This document shows, one piece after another, positions 1 to 13,148 of a DNA stretch of 64,000 nt. Origin of the DNA: Octopus sinensis (lineage: Eukaryota); the NCBI RefSeq assembly GCF_006345805.1, contig NW_021832430.1, positions 62,001 to 126,000 on the forward strand. The letters are read 5' to 3'. The notes under the pieces were generated by a model that saw only the letters and a program-made list of their open reading frames with translations, was not told the origin of the DNA and did no database searches. The position numbers and the translations under genes are program-made. Numbering within the stretch: position 1 is the stretch's first letter; each line of letters starts with the position of its first letter.

Positions 1-763
1 GAATTTTCTTTCCTAATTAGAATTGAATTAATTTACATCTAATGCCAAAAAATTTTTAATTAAAATTTTAATTATTTTTTGAATTCTAATTATTTACCAG
101 AAACTAGACCTCAGATATAACCTGATGAGAAATTAACTAATTCATTGATCCTGGTTTTCGGAATTTTTTTCTCTTGTGAGAACTATCCACGAACTTAGTA
201 TTTTGCACTTTCATGCTCCTAATCGTTTATTATTTTCCCTTAATTATATAACTTGTGTTCTGTTCTCTCGGTTTTGCATAAAATAAATAATTTGCCTACT
301 TGTTCATGAGGGGAATATATGCGGGCAACTGTTTTTAAGAGGATTCTAAAGACTATTCGTTTGATGCTCACTGATTCAGTTTTTTTCCTGACATCTAATC
401 AGCAAGAAGCACTGGACTGCAATGTATCGGAATTCTACAAACCCAGAGAAAAGAAGGAAGAAAATAATTGTGTGGAATGACGTTCTTTATTCACTCCGAT
501 GGATCAGTACTAGTAAGATATTAGTTAGCTTATTAATTTATTTTTATTTAATCAAGGTTACGTCAATGCGTCAACCAAAAGGTGCTTCATTTGCGCAGAT
601 AATAGACGTATTTTAAAATAACTTTCTGTCATATTTAAATATATAAATATATTAAATTGTCTGTGAACTAATATTAACATTAGTGTAACCGTGGAAACGG
701 ATTTGATCATATAAAATTAGTAATTCAAATATTTTTGTTATTTTAAAGTACTAACAAGTTTTA

Positions 764-2136
764 ATGAATAAAAACTTGAATAAAGAATATGAAAAACTAG
801 AAAATGGTTTTTCTGTTTATGTGAATGGGCCTAAAATGGTTAAAAAGACGAAAACAGGTCTGTGGCCAGTTCCTTGTAAAAACAGTATTTTGATAACTTA
901 TTTTGAGTATTTAATGAAATTCCCAATGAGTTAAACTATTTCCAGAAAAATAAAAAAGGCACATTAATATAATTATATCAGACTTTCTTGACCAAAAACC
1001 AATCCATAGTTTCTGGCAACTCCCCTCTAAAGAACAATCTGATGACAAGGAAAAAGAATTTATAACGTCTATTGATGAATATATCGAAGATTCAGGATCC
1101 AATTCGCCAAAAAATTCGAATTCTTTTCCAATAGACCCGATAGATTCTTTGAAGTTCGACTGCCTGTCTTCGTCTGTCCAAAAATGCAATTATATTTTTC
1201 AACAAATTCTTAAGCTAGAGAAACAGTTTTTGTTGATTCAATATTTTTAGGGAAAAAATATTGCTTTTACAGCAACTGTCAGAGTATGTTAATCAAGAAT
1301 CGTCAAATTCCCAGCCAGTTAATCCTCCGGATAATGACATTACAAATAGTGTTTATAATCAAATTAGTGAGTTGAATGACTCAAATCAAAATTTAAAAAA
1401 CGACTCAAATGAGTTGAATGAACACAAAATGTCTCGTGCTCCCTTACATTCTCAGTTTGAACCAAAATTCAGTTCAAAAAACAAAAAAATGCTTCCAACA
1501 ATAGAAAAAACAGCTTTAAAGAATTTGGACCTTATCAAAGTTTCAAATAAAAACTGTAACTACAAAACCGACGACATCATCTCTGAAGAATCAAAAATCT
1601 CGAATTTTTGTCAATCTACTGATTTTTTAATTCATAATTTATATTTTGACGGAATAAGTCAGTTTTTACAAAATCCTAATACACTGTTGTTTGAGATTAA
1701 ATCAAATTGGGGAGGTCAGTGCGTCGGAATTGACAAAATTAAAGTCACTATGACAAATGGAAATTTTTTAAACAATGTAAATATAGTTTTGCTTTAACCT
1801 TATAATAGTTCCATGTAATTATGAATAATAAATTATCCTTCTCCACAAATGACGCCAACTTTCTTTTACCTGAGTACAACCCGGAATTAAAAATATTAAT
1901 ATTTTCAAATTTTTGCGAACAATTACAAATTTCTAAAATCGACTTATGGGTATATATGATTATATTTACTTTAGAACTATGGAAATAGTACTCGGGTGGA
2001 CTTTGGAGTAAAATCTATAAAAGTAAGGTTAAACTCACAAGTTCTATTTGATGGAGAAATACCAAAAAATAACGGCAAAAAAAGTTTCGAAGTCTACGTC
2101 GACAATACTGAAGCTATAGTTACAAACCAAAATTAG
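764..2136 (+). CDS. KATNIP: KATNIP/KIAA0556-like ciliary protein (short, spliced)
   Basis: N-terminal EKLENGFSVYVNG resembles KATNIP EQGFSLYVNG. LLFEIKSNWGGQCVGI and NYGNSTRVDFGVKSIKV..LFDGEI resemble one KATNIP beta-sandwich repeat. Several short GT-AG introns; TAG at 2134-2136. Confidence 0.65.
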
Positions 2137-2189
2137 CTCGAATGAGATTTTTATGTTTTGATGATATTTATATTAAATTTAATTTTTTG

Positions 2190-2700
2190 TCTGACGTCGT
2201 CAAAAGGGCACTAGAGTCGGCAGGTTTCCCCTCCACTCTAGAGCCAGTCGGTCTCTGTCGGAGTGATGGAAAGCGTCCTGACGGGATGACTACCTTCCCT
2301 TTCAGGGAAGGCAAGTCCCTGATTTGGGATGCAACTTGTGTTGACTCGTTTTCCGCGACGATGTTACTCAAGTCCATCACTAACCCGGGTTCTGCCAGTG
2401 CTCAGGCTGAAGACGCTAAGAGGACGAAGTATGGAAGTATTTCGGACTCTTACGAGTTTGTCCCCCTCGCCTTCGAAACATCTGGAATCGTTGGCAAGTC
2501 TGGGACTCGCCTTCTTACCGACATTGCCAGTAGGATTGCTAGGAAGACCAACGACCGGAGGGAGACGAGCTGGCTCTTCCAGCGAATCTCGGTCGCGGTG
2601 CTCCGCGGAAACTGCCACTCGATACACAGCGCGGCGTCTTTGAGCTGACCTCCAAACTCTTATAAACTGTTCATATTTTGTTTAAGAATCTAAAAAAATA
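2190..2700 (+). mobile_element. 5'-truncated CRE-clade non-LTR retrotransposon (restriction-like endonuclease C-terminus)
   Basis: Open frame ...LEPVGLCRSDGKRPDGMT...WDATCVD...K..KY...FVPLAFETSG...QRISVAVLRGN ending at 2648. GC-rich relative to flanks, with an A-rich tail near 2692. Confidence 0.85.
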
Positions 2701-3422
2701 TATCAAAAACTAAAGATTTGAAAGATTCATTTTCTTGTATAAATCGAATAAGTTCTTCATTTTGTAAATGGAAGATGCCCTAATGTTTTCAAGGAACTTT
2801 AAATTTCGTCTATTTCAGAAATTCCGACACATTGACATTAAATTGAAACTGAAGATGGCGTATTTGGAGCACTTAGTCAAAAATTCGATATTCAATTTTG
2901 AGAAAAATATTCTCGACTAAAATATCAGCAAATAATTTAATGTAGTTTTCGTGTCAGTAGACAAACGACGTTTAAACTACAGGGAATGAAGCTTTCCTAA
3001 GATAAACTAGCATGAGATTTAATGTCCTGAATTTAGAATTAATAATATTTTGTTTTCCTAAAACATTTGAAACAGTTTAAAATTTGGTGTTCCAAAATTA
3101 CATTTTTTTACCGAAACTTATATTATTTATCTGGAAAAATATGTTGCAAATTAATACATTTATATATTTTAAAAACGTTTAATTAAAATTAAATCAGATA
3201 TCATTAAAGTCTATTAAACTTTTTTGCGGGTTAACCTAATTTAAACAAAAAAATAATAGCATGTTGACCTTGTTTATGGGCATTTGCGGTTTTTGTTGTT
3301 GCGCGTTAATTTGTCAGCACTTTCACTAAACTGCGCAGGGAAGACATACTATAACGTTCGCAAGCTTCATTTTGCCTTCTAAGTTCTCTTGAGAAAAATT
3401 AAATTTTTGTCTTCTCGTAAAA

Positions 3423-4665
3423 ATGACCCCAGAAAACACTCTCAAGCACATATCCGAGGTTATTAAGATGGCAGGCTTCTCTGAAGAAGAAGATTCTTTC
3501 TATGTCGTGGATCTGGACGATATTGTGTGCAAAATTTCAAAGTGGTTTACCTATCTTCCCCAAGTGCGTCCCTTCTACGGTAATCTTTATTTAACCACAT
3601 TTTAGCCGTAAAATGTAACAATGATAGACGGGTTCTTAAGTTGATGGTTGAGGCAGGATTGTCTTTTGACTGTGCTTCTGTGAGTGAAATACAAGCGGTC
3701 ACTTCTTTGGGGGCGACTCCCAGTCAGATAGTTTATGCAAATCCTTGCAAACAACTGAATGCTATAAAATATGCAAAGTCCAACGATATTTCCCTCATGA
3801 CATTCGACAATTATTCAGAACTTGTAAAAATAAAAAATCATTTCCCGACGGCCAGGTGCAGTGTTTTCTCATAAAGCCAGACTTATTCTTCGTATTCTGC
3901 CCCCAAGCAACGGCAAAGTTCAATGCAATCTTGGCCTCAAGTTCGGATGCGCCAAAGAAGATGTCTCAAGTCTGCTATTTGCGGCTAAATCAATGGAATT
4001 GAATATTGTGGGAATTAGGTGTGATTAGCTCATTCAGTTCTAGTTTCCATGTGGGCAGTGGATGTGAGGATCCGAAGCTGTATTGGCATGCTATAGAAGC
4101 TTCTAAATTTGCTTTTTCCGAAGCTATGAGAATCGGTTATTCTCCATACTTGCTGGACATTGGCGGAGGCTTTCCTGGAGCAGATGACAGTCCTGTTTCA
4201 TTTAAGCTGATTTCTGAGTATATAAATTCGGGACTCGCTACTTTCTTTCCTGGTGGTGACTTTCCATATCTCCAAGTCATTTCTGAACCGGGGAGATTTT
4301 TTGTGGCCTCGGCTTATACTTTGGTGACTCGAGTTGTCAGTGTTCGGCAGAGCTCTTCTAAAATGATGTACTATCTCAACGATGGAGTATATGGGGCCTT
4401 CAATTGTGTGATGTATGACCATGCTACACTTGCTCCTTTATGTCAACGGGGCCTGGATTTTAGTAAAATGTACAAATGTGATTTGTGGGGACCAACATGT
4501 GACAGTATCGACTGTATTTGTGAGGGGGTGGAGATGCCACTGCTTAGTGTGGATGATTTGATTGTCTTCAAGAACATGGGTGCTTACACTCTTGTTGCTG
4601 CGTCCAAGTTTAACGGAATGAACCGTGCCAAATGCCTATACTTGAATGATGCCATTATCCGCTGA
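3423..4665 (+). CDS. ODC1: Ornithine decarboxylase
   Basis: Removing introns 3580-3605 (26 nt), 3856-3880 (25 nt) and 4019-4043 (25 nt) restores PFYAVKCN (PLP lysine), FDCAS, SFHVGSG, LDIGGGF, EPGRF and WGPTCDS (catalytic Cys). Confidence 0.95.
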
Positions 4666-4809
4666 CAAACACTTCTACGTTTTCATAATTCTTTTTTTGT
4701 TGTTCGACTATTTCTCGTTTGGAGCTTTTGAATTAGTTTAACATAGGTTTTGTTTAACACTTAAAGAATTTTTAACGTCTAATTACATTTGAAAGTCTTT
4801 TTAGATGAT

Positions 4810-4960
4810 CTACTATGGTTGCGACCAGTCAATGTTAATTAATGTTGAAACTAGCGTACTCAGCAGGGTGACTAAGCTGCTTTTGTCAATGATGTATTAT
4901 CATGTCCGAATGCGGTATTCAGCAGGGTGACCCACTGAGCCCATTGCTGTTTCCCCTCTC
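4810..4960 (+). mobile_element. Reverse-transcriptase relic
   Basis: ggtattcagcagggtgacccactgagcccattgctgttt = GIQQGDPLSPLLF (non-LTR RT motif). cagcagggtgac occurs twice (4861, 4920). Confidence 0.6.
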
Positions 4961-5632
4961 TGTTGACTATATTGTACGGAACCTTTTTTCCAATGAAACT
5001 TATAAATTTAATGTATTGCTTTTATGGTTTTCTAGTTATAGAATGCCTTCGACAAAGTAAAAAAACGGTTACAAAAGGTAGTATGTAATAAATATTCAGG
5101 AAATAAAAAGTTCAACATTCATTTCCTAATTCCGACACTCACAGTAGTCCTAATAGTTACCTATTTTTGACTGAATTAATTTAATATTGGTTGTTTCACT
5201 TTAAAATTCTCATTTGTTTAATTTATGTCAGTTTTTTTAGCATCTTTAATTTTGAAACAAAGTTACTTCAAAGATGTTTATCTTTTCATCAAATTTATAT
5301 TTGAAATTTTTTAGCACGCGGTTGCGCACGTTGGTTTCTATTAGTGTGTTGCGTTGGCCACCAGAATCACCTAATCTAAGGATTTCCTTCAGATGTATGC
5401 ATATGTCTGTTGTAACGGAGTCGGTTCTACTCCCCTTTCCGAACATAACGGCGACGACTCAGACTTGTGCACATTCCCTGTTGGATCTTCAATGGAAAGG
5501 GTTTTCTGGAGACAATGATCTTCTTAATTAGTTCGGATACTTGTTCTCTCATTTTCTTTTTTGCTAAAACAATTGAATCATCAAAAAAAAAAAAATATTA
5601 GAATCTAACCCAGAATTTGACCAAAATATTTA

Positions 5633-6250
5633 TTCCGCATTGGCATCAGCACCAGACTTGGACTGGAGATATTCCGGACTCACAAATGCCGGTGTGGGGC
5701 CACCGTCGATTGTCATGAACACCATGCTCTCTCTTGTCGAAGAAGTGCAGGACGATTTCCAAGACACAAGGCGATCAACGAAACTGTCAAGCGAGCTCTG
5801 GAGTCTGCAGGATACCCAGCCGTACTTGATCCGGTCGGGCTTGACCGAGGAGATGGAAAACGTCCTGATGGGATTACAATTTTCCCATTTGAAGAGGGGA
5901 AACCCCTAGTTTGGGACGCAACCTGTGTGGACACTCTCTGCCCGTCCAACATTGCCGGGAGCGCAGTGGACAGACTGTATGCCGCGGAAAAAACGATGAG
6001 GGCAAAGGAGAGAAAATATGAAGCGCTGCGAGACCGATTCGTGTTCTGTCCGATTGTGGTCGAGACAACTGGAGGAATAAGTGGGAAATCGCTTCGCTTC
6101 CTAAAGAAGCTTGGACGCTTAGCCACATTAAAAAGCCACGACACACGTGAGACCCGGTGGCTTCTCCAGTTGATCTCCGTTGCTATCGTGAAAAGCAACG
6201 CAACGTCAATTATGTTGGCGGGGTCCACTTCGGATAGATGGCTTTGTTAA
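5633..6250 (+). mobile_element. 5'-truncated CRE-type retrotransposon copy
   Basis: RIGISTRLGL..H.CRCG zinc-knuckle region, GDGKRPDGIT, WDATCVDT, ETTGG, ISVAIVKSN. Confidence 0.85.
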
Positions 6251-6399
6251 CTTCTAGTAAATTACAGTAACTTTTGATTGTACAAACTATCTAAAATAAA
6301 TTCCTGATATTGATTTTCTGAACCATTATCATATGATGCTAAAAATATAATACAAATTTTAGATGCAAAATTCTATTTCTAAGAAAACCAAATTATCAT

Positions 6400-7260
6400 G
6401 TCCGAATGCGGAATCTTTCATCCAGTGTTAACTTCTGGTACTTGGATGACGTGACGATTGGTGGACACACAGATGTCGTTATGGAAGACATAAACAGATC
6501 ACTTCTGGGTTTTCAAAGATTGAGCTATCTCTACACGGCGGCAAATGCCAACTTGTTAATATTTCTCTTGCCCCCGCTGCTCTCTTCCACCCATTGAAAA
6601 ACTTTTTTTTTGTTCTCAGACTGACCTAAATTCTCCGGTCTTTCCCGTGTTTCGTTGCCGTTGATTCATTATCCAGAATCGACAATATCGTACATAAACC
6701 CTTAACATTTCATCTCAATCCAAGGATCACTAGCGGTGCTAGCCTACATACACGTTATCAACGTCGGCTTTCAGGAATTCTGTTTGCTCAGTTCTACTTC
6801 TTTCTCTCGAACCTAACGAGCTCTCGGAATACTCATTTGTCTACCGTGATGGTGCTCAATTGGCCTTGATTTCCCTGAGATTCAACTAATCCAAAAGGGC
6901 TGGGATAAAACCTTCTGCTTAAATACATTACGCAACTTTCCTTCAACCTGACCTCACTAAACTGTGCTTGTCATCAGCATACGGGAGACTGGCACAAAGC
7001 ACTCCATATCCCCAATATGCGATTACTACTGGAAGATGAGTCCTTATGGATATCTGTTTACGCTTGGGCTTGGACATGTGCCAGCCCCACCCTTGGCGAT
7101 GCGGGTTCACAATTTCGTCGAATGACTTGCACGCCTTGTCGACGGTAAGCGCCCCGACGGGGAGACAATCCTTCATTTTAGGGAAGAAAAGTCCCTGGTT
7201 TGGGATACCACTTGCTTCGACTCTTTTTCTGGGACGATAGTACCCGGGCTTCACCAGTGC
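6400..7260 (+). mobile_element. Degenerate CRE-type retrotransposon (RT and RLE fragments)
   Basis: NFWYLDDVTIGG (RT catalytic motif), CLRLGLDMCQPH, DGKRPDG; many frameshifts and deletions. Confidence 0.7.
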
Positions 7261-10030
7261 TCAGTGCCACTCTACTGCTAACCATTGGTATCCTTCTGGA
7301 CAATGAGTCCGTTAGGACAGGGGTTTGTTTACGTCTCGGTCTTTGTATATGTGAGCCACATGTCTGCTGCTGTGCTGGCCGTATCCTGCGGCACGGTGCT
7401 CTAAATCAGAGGTTTCCAAGCTTTTTTTTACGCGCCTCCCTTAGAGAAAAAGTACAATCTTGCGCCTCCCTTTATATTCCATAATATAATACAATTATTA
7501 TTTTATCAAAAACAATTTTTTAAAACAAAAAGTTAATGAGAGATAATTTTTTTTCCATCTTGGCGCAAAGTTTTTCAAATCTTGGTGTCATCGCAGAGAG
7601 TGCTACTCTTAGCTCATTAGTCACTACTAAACGAGTTCGATATTTAGATTTAATTGCAGCTAGTGCAGAAAATCCAGTTTCGCATAAATATGAAGTAGCA
7701 AATGGCAACAAAACTTTCATTGCTTTATTCGACAAAATTTCATATTCCGTTCTTACATTCAACAAAAAGAAATTAGCGGTTCTCTCTCAAATTTTTGTTT
7801 CAATAATGTATCGCATGACAATTCTATCAATTTTTCTTTTTCAAAAGTTGTCAATGCAAATTGATTATCTTCTTCATCAATAAATGGATTCTGTATCCAT
7901 TCGAACATTTTACAGTCGAGATCTTAAAATAGTGAGCAAAATGCTTCAACAAACAATCCAAATGTTCAGCAAATATGTCTTTGTTGCTTCAATGTTCACT
8001 ATGGCGCAAAAGGTGTTTAAAAGTGGAAACATGTCATAGATATTTTTTTGTATATTTGATTTCCATAATACCAATTTTTTCATAAATGCTTTTATTTTGT
8101 CCTTTTGAGAGAATAAATGTAGTTGTGGTCCCTGCATTGATTTATTCAATATACTCAATTTCCCAAAAATGTCAACTAAATAGGCAATTTGACAATAAAG
8201 TCATCATCCCTGAACAACTTTGCATCTTCAATATCATTTTCATCAAGAAAATCTGCAACTTGATCTTTGAGTTCAAACACCCTTCTAATCACTTTTGCAC
8301 GAGATAGCCAGCGTACCTCACAATAGTATAAAAGCGATGTATATTTTGAATCCATATCTTCACACAGCTTTGCAAAAAGCTTAGCTCTTAAAGGACTGTG
8401 TTTTATGTAGTTTATAACTTTTGTAATTTGCGCAAAAATATCGTTCAGTTCTGGACTCATATTCTTTGAGACAAGTGCTGATCTGTGCAGCATGCAGTGC
8501 GTCCAGATAATTTCTGGTGCTCTGTTTTTTACAAGAGCTTGAAGACCAGATTTATTTCCTGACATTGACTGTGCTCCGTCTGTACAAAGTCCAACACAAT
8601 TGATCCATTCTATGTTATTTTCTTCAAAAAAAGTATCAATTATATTAAAAATTTCATTGGCCGTGCTCCTTCCAGGAAATGGTTTGCAGAATAATAGATC
8701 TTCTATTATTGTACTTTCTTCAGCATATCTGACATATGCAATTAAATGTGCATTTTTATTTATGTCAGCTCCCTCATCAACTTGTATAGCAAATTTACAG
8801 TTACGTAGTCGAGAAACCAACTGATCACAAAGATCTTCAGATATGTCATCAATTCTTCTAGCGACTGTGTTATCAGCAAGCGGTATTTGCTGTAATTGTT
8901 TTGCATAGGATTCGCCAAACATTGCTTCAACCATATCGATAGCTGCTGGCAAAACTAGAGTTTCTCCGATATTGTGCGGTTTCTTGCATTTTGCAATCCT
9001 GTAAGAAACTTTGTACGATGCTAGTAAAGCATTTGAAGAGACAGAAACAAGTTTTTTTAACGATTTCGTTTGGTTATCAAACTCTTCTAATTTTCTTTTA
9101 AAAAATTCTTCAGACTTATGGACATGTTCAGAATGCATCGTTTCAAAATGTCTTCTTAATTTGCATGGCCTCATACTATCTGCTGCAAGTGTTTTGAGGC
9201 AAAGCAAACAGAGGGGTTTTTCCATAGAATCAACAAGATACGTGTGAATCCTAACAATAAGTAAGATGGAAAGTATTTTCTTGTCTTTGGAGTGGTATTG
9301 ATATTATATTCCAATCATTTTGATTTTTTGAACCATCGTCAAAATCTTTATTATTCGTGAATTTTCTTTTGCAACCACTCAAGAATTTATTCATGTGTTA
9401 AAATTATTTAATTGTCTAATAAATAAATAAATTTTTGAAAAATATAATTTTTAAATTAATAACTCTTATTATGGAATATAGTCACGTTTTTTACATAGAT
9501 ATAATTTTCAAAAATGTTTCTGAAATACTTTTCGCGCCTCCCTTGACACGAGTCAACGCCTCCCTAGGGAGGCGCGCCTCCCCATTTGGAAACCTCTGCT
9601 CTAAATGATCTCATCAGGAGAGCCTTAGAAGTCGCCGGAATCCCCTCTATACTCGGACCCACTGGGATCGATCGGAGAGACGAGAAGAGACCGGACGGAA
9701 TTACTGTGTTTCCCTTCAACAGAGGGAAGCCACTTACCTGGAACCTCATGTGTGTGGACTCATTCTCGCCCGAGAACCTGAGAAGGTTGGCTTTTTAGCG
9801 ATCGCTACTACTGCTGAATGTAAAAGGATGCGAAAGTATTCTTCATTTGTGGAGAAGTGCCAATTCCTTCTATTCGCAGTTGAGACGTCTGGTTCCTTAG
9901 TCGGAAAAGCAATCAGCTTCGTTCAGGAGATCGGGTCACAGGCGACGCCTGCAAATCGAGATGGTTTTTTGAGCGGATATTCCTTGCAATAGTACGCTCG
10001 AAGTCTTTCTCGATCGCGTCAGCCTCTCGC
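7260..10030 (+). mobile_element. CRE-type retrotransposon copy split by a hAT insertion
   Basis: The 5' part GILLDNESVRTGVCLRLGLCICEPHVCCC..RHGALN continues after the hAT as (ALN)DLIRRALEVAGIPS...KRPDGIT...AVETSG. Confidence 0.8.
7407..9598 (-). mobile_element. hAT (Buster/Charlie, ZBED5-like) DNA transposon with frameshifted transposase
   Basis: 13-bp TIRs CAGAGGTTTCCAA; 8-bp TSD CTCTAAAT (7399-7406 and 9599-9606); subterminal CGCCTCCC repeats. Transposase motifs CLLC..LAADSMRP.KLRRH, FAIQVDE, CTDGA, HCMLH, VRWLS, PFATSYLCETGFS across three ORFs. Confidence 0.95.
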
Positions 10031-12067
10031 CCAGTAAAGAATTAGCCTTTTTAATTCATTAAATGTTATAAAATGAAAAAATATATATAATTTGTTGAAT
10101 CATTACTTAATTGATCTTGTCAAGCATAGGAAGTATCGGCCTATCATTACCGGGTATTTACATAATCTATTTTCAAAGAAATTCAATGAAAATTTTATTA
10201 TTAATAATGGTAATCGTTTTTAATCTTCCTTGTTCTTTGCATATTTTTATGTTTAACTCGGAAATTCTTCGATATTTTTTGTAAGAAGTCTTGTATTTTT
10301 ATTGGTGAGTCGAAAAGATTTTATATTCACAAAGTCCAGCAAAAATATCATTTATATTTTGGGATATGATTGAACATGCCCAAATATAGCTTGATTAATT
10401 TCCCCAAAATATCATTTTTGTGCCTTTTTGGAAATATCTACTTTCTCTAAATTTGTACATAATTCTTAAAAAAATTTCAAAAATTCAATATTTCCGTTTT
10501 TTGTTACCCATCCTTCCCAAAATTTCTTTTATATTTATCCGAAAATACACTTTTAGACCAACGGACGACCCGAGAAAGGCAACTGCTTCGCAATCCGTGA
10601 GCCTGAGTGGGCGCCCTAAACTGCGTAGTCTTCAACAATCCTTCTCCATTTTCTAACTGTCATTAATTAACTTGCATGCAAAAAAAGACCAAACGAGTTG
10701 TGGTAAAATTTCTAGCAAAAATATTTCTGGATAATGAATAAAGTGCATCCACCTTAGGATTTTATTTCATTGTTTTCTGTGTTCGAATCTCAGAAAAAAA
10801 GTGCATTTAAACGTTTGCCGATATCAATGGTTTCAAAAATAATGATAACAAAAGACAGGCTCGGAAAGCGGCATACTTTGATCTTTGTTTTTTTTGTTCT
10901 GCAAGGGGCATATCTCGGAATCACAACGAATAAATTCACGAAAGTGTGTGGAACCTTGCGTACAAGAAAAGTGACTTTCCAGACTTGAAAAAAGATTTTA
11001 TTTGACTTGATTGTTCAACATTATTGAATTATTTTCGTTCAACGTGAATTGACTTGTCTGGCACTTTTAATAGTATAAATAATGTTCATCACATTTTAAT
11101 GCATTTATTTAAATTATGTACAAGTACAATGGCCAATTATTATGGCGCCCATAAAGCCATCCACTTTTACAATTTAATTGTTGATTCAAAGTGGCTAAAC
11201 ATGGACTAATTTAGAGAATAAAATAATTATTTGTTTCTATCTAAAAAGTCTGATACAAATCATTGAATTATCATAATTTAAGTATTAATTTACAAATTAA
11301 TGAGTGATCTCTTATGATATAAAATTAATATTTTCCATAATTGAATAAAATTAACATTTAAAGAAAAATTAATTGGGAGATAATGTCACCAGCGAAAAGA
11401 TTGCCATGTAATTATCCCCTAGTATGGAAAAAAAGTTTTTGGTTATTTCGGTAACTAAATAGTTTTATTTAACCTCCTTGGTATTTTGAAATTATTTGAC
11501 AAACATTTAAAGTGCTATAAAATTGACTAGAAACGACCCATTTGATGGCACAGTGAGAATAGATAAGTGGTTTGTCACAATTAGTAACAAACATGAATTG
11601 GTCATCTTGCTGATTAACATTAAATTTAACTAAAACCACAGTCTTCTTTATATGGCCTAAAGATCTACTTAAGCTGAATTAATTTTATCTTTGAACTACA
11701 TGTACTTTAAAATATTTTCAAAATCAGAAAGAAAATCTTGAAATTCCGGAAGAAGACAAAAATATATCCTACAAAATTGAATTAAATGATTAAAAATTCG
11801 AGGTCAATTTAAAGGAATAGCATTTTTTCAAAAAAAATTATCTGACCGCACAAATCGATAATTGCATTTCTGTTTTATCGAATGTAAAATGAGTTTTTAA
11901 CCTTGAAGTGAATCATATTATGTTCATGGGGTACTATTCCATCTGCGTCATCGGCTTCATTCGACGCCATCTAAACCTATCACAATAATTCACGCCAAAT
12001 TATATCGTGATAGAAAATTATTTAACGAGAAACAGCGGTCTATCATACGCTTAGCGGCTGCATTTTT

Positions 12068-12924
12068 ATGTCTCTCTGGGATTTTGATACATCAGTTGAT
12101 ACTTCTTTTGACATTCCTCCACAGTTACTTGAACCAGACTTTCAAATGCCTGAAAGCAACATTGAATTTAATAAATACGATTTTGAATGGCCTAATTATG
12201 CTTGTAACGATTTCAACGACCTTTTTGACGGGATTTATTCTTCTCAGACAAGCTTTTCTCTAAATGAAGATTCCGAATGCAAGTCTCCTCCCTCAAAAAA
12301 AATCAAGATAGAGGATCCCACTTCCTTCCAAGACTATTCCTTCCAAGATCATTCATTTTTAGAGAATTCCTTCCCAGACAAATTTCAGAGTGCTGAAGTG
12401 CCTTTACCAGTTTTAAGTAAGTTAAAATTAATATCAATTTTTTTTACTTTATGTTAATTAGAATGACCTAACCTATTTTAGAGGAAGAAACTCCTTCTCC
12501 TAAACGTTCTACTCCCCATAAAAAGATTGTCCTTCTTGATTCTCTTCCAACTAAAGGGGAGATTCGCTCAATAAAAAGGGAATTTTCTCCGAAAAGAAAC
12601 GATTATACAATATTTGATGATCTTTCTTTTTCTGCAAATTATTTCAATATGGAATATGGACGTCGTTCTGACCATAATGTGAGGGAACAGCAAAGAAGAA
12701 GAGTTATTACTAATCTTATGGAACGACTTCGAGTCACGGTTCCTTATACAAAAGGAGTTGAGAAGGCAACACGGCTAAAAATTCTTCAAGAAACCACAGA
12801 ATTTATTATTCATGAAAAAGAAGCAATTGAACGAAAGATTGACATAGTGAGTTTAATTTCACAAAAGATTGAGAATAAGTCCAAGTTTATTCTTGACTAC
12901 ATTGCATCTGTCCACAATTCTTAA
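12068..12924 (+). CDS. Myc-family-like bHLH-ZIP transcription factor
   Basis: Intron 12417-12481 (GTAAGT..TTTTAG) joins two ORFs in frame. C-terminal RRSDHNVREQQRRR..L..LR..VP....KA....IL..TTEFI has the His-Glu-Arg E-box residues. Confidence 0.7.
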
Positions 12925-13001
12925 TAATTATGCTACTTGATATACTTTAGCTAGTTTTTTAAAATGTTTCAATTAATCATAATGTTAATCTCTATTATAC
13001 C

Positions 13002-13148
13002 TTTCGAGATAGTGCAGCAATTTAGCTGTTTTGCGGTTTGTCAGGCTCTGACACCCTTGACGCAGTGAATTGCCATACTTTAACAGTTATGTCTATCACC
13101 ATGGCGTTTTTCGAGGTCAAGGCTGTTTGCTGTGACTGTTTCTTGAAA
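13002..13148 (+). other. Candidate structured RNA element (long nested stem-loop followed by a T run)
   Basis: Nested complementary segments: tttcgaga/tcttgaaa, agt-gcagcaa/ttgctgt-g-act, ccttgac/gtcaagg, gccat/atggc, plus side hairpin tgtcag-gct-ctgaca. T9 at 13151-13159. Confidence 0.4.

Noticed and set aside
120-160. CTGATGAG hammerhead-like core
   Set aside because: No GAAA after a stem II and no supporting stems.
1-620. Coding-like sequence at the window start
   Set aside because: Stops in all plausible frames and no recognisable product.
3261-3329. Cys-rich AUG uORF upstream of ODC (MLTLFMGICGFCCCALICQHFH*) as a polyamine-sensing uORF
   Set aside because: It lacks the PPW/PS-stop ending of known ODC/AZIN upstream conserved coding regions, and the TSS is unknown, so it may not be transcribed.
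3000-3422. Myc E-box regulation of the neighbouring ODC
   Set aside because: No CACGTG seen upstream of ODC.
13060-13120. SECIS-like GUGA...AA stem
   Set aside because: The 3' GA is not positioned to form the quartet, and the upstream CDS has no in-frame UGA.
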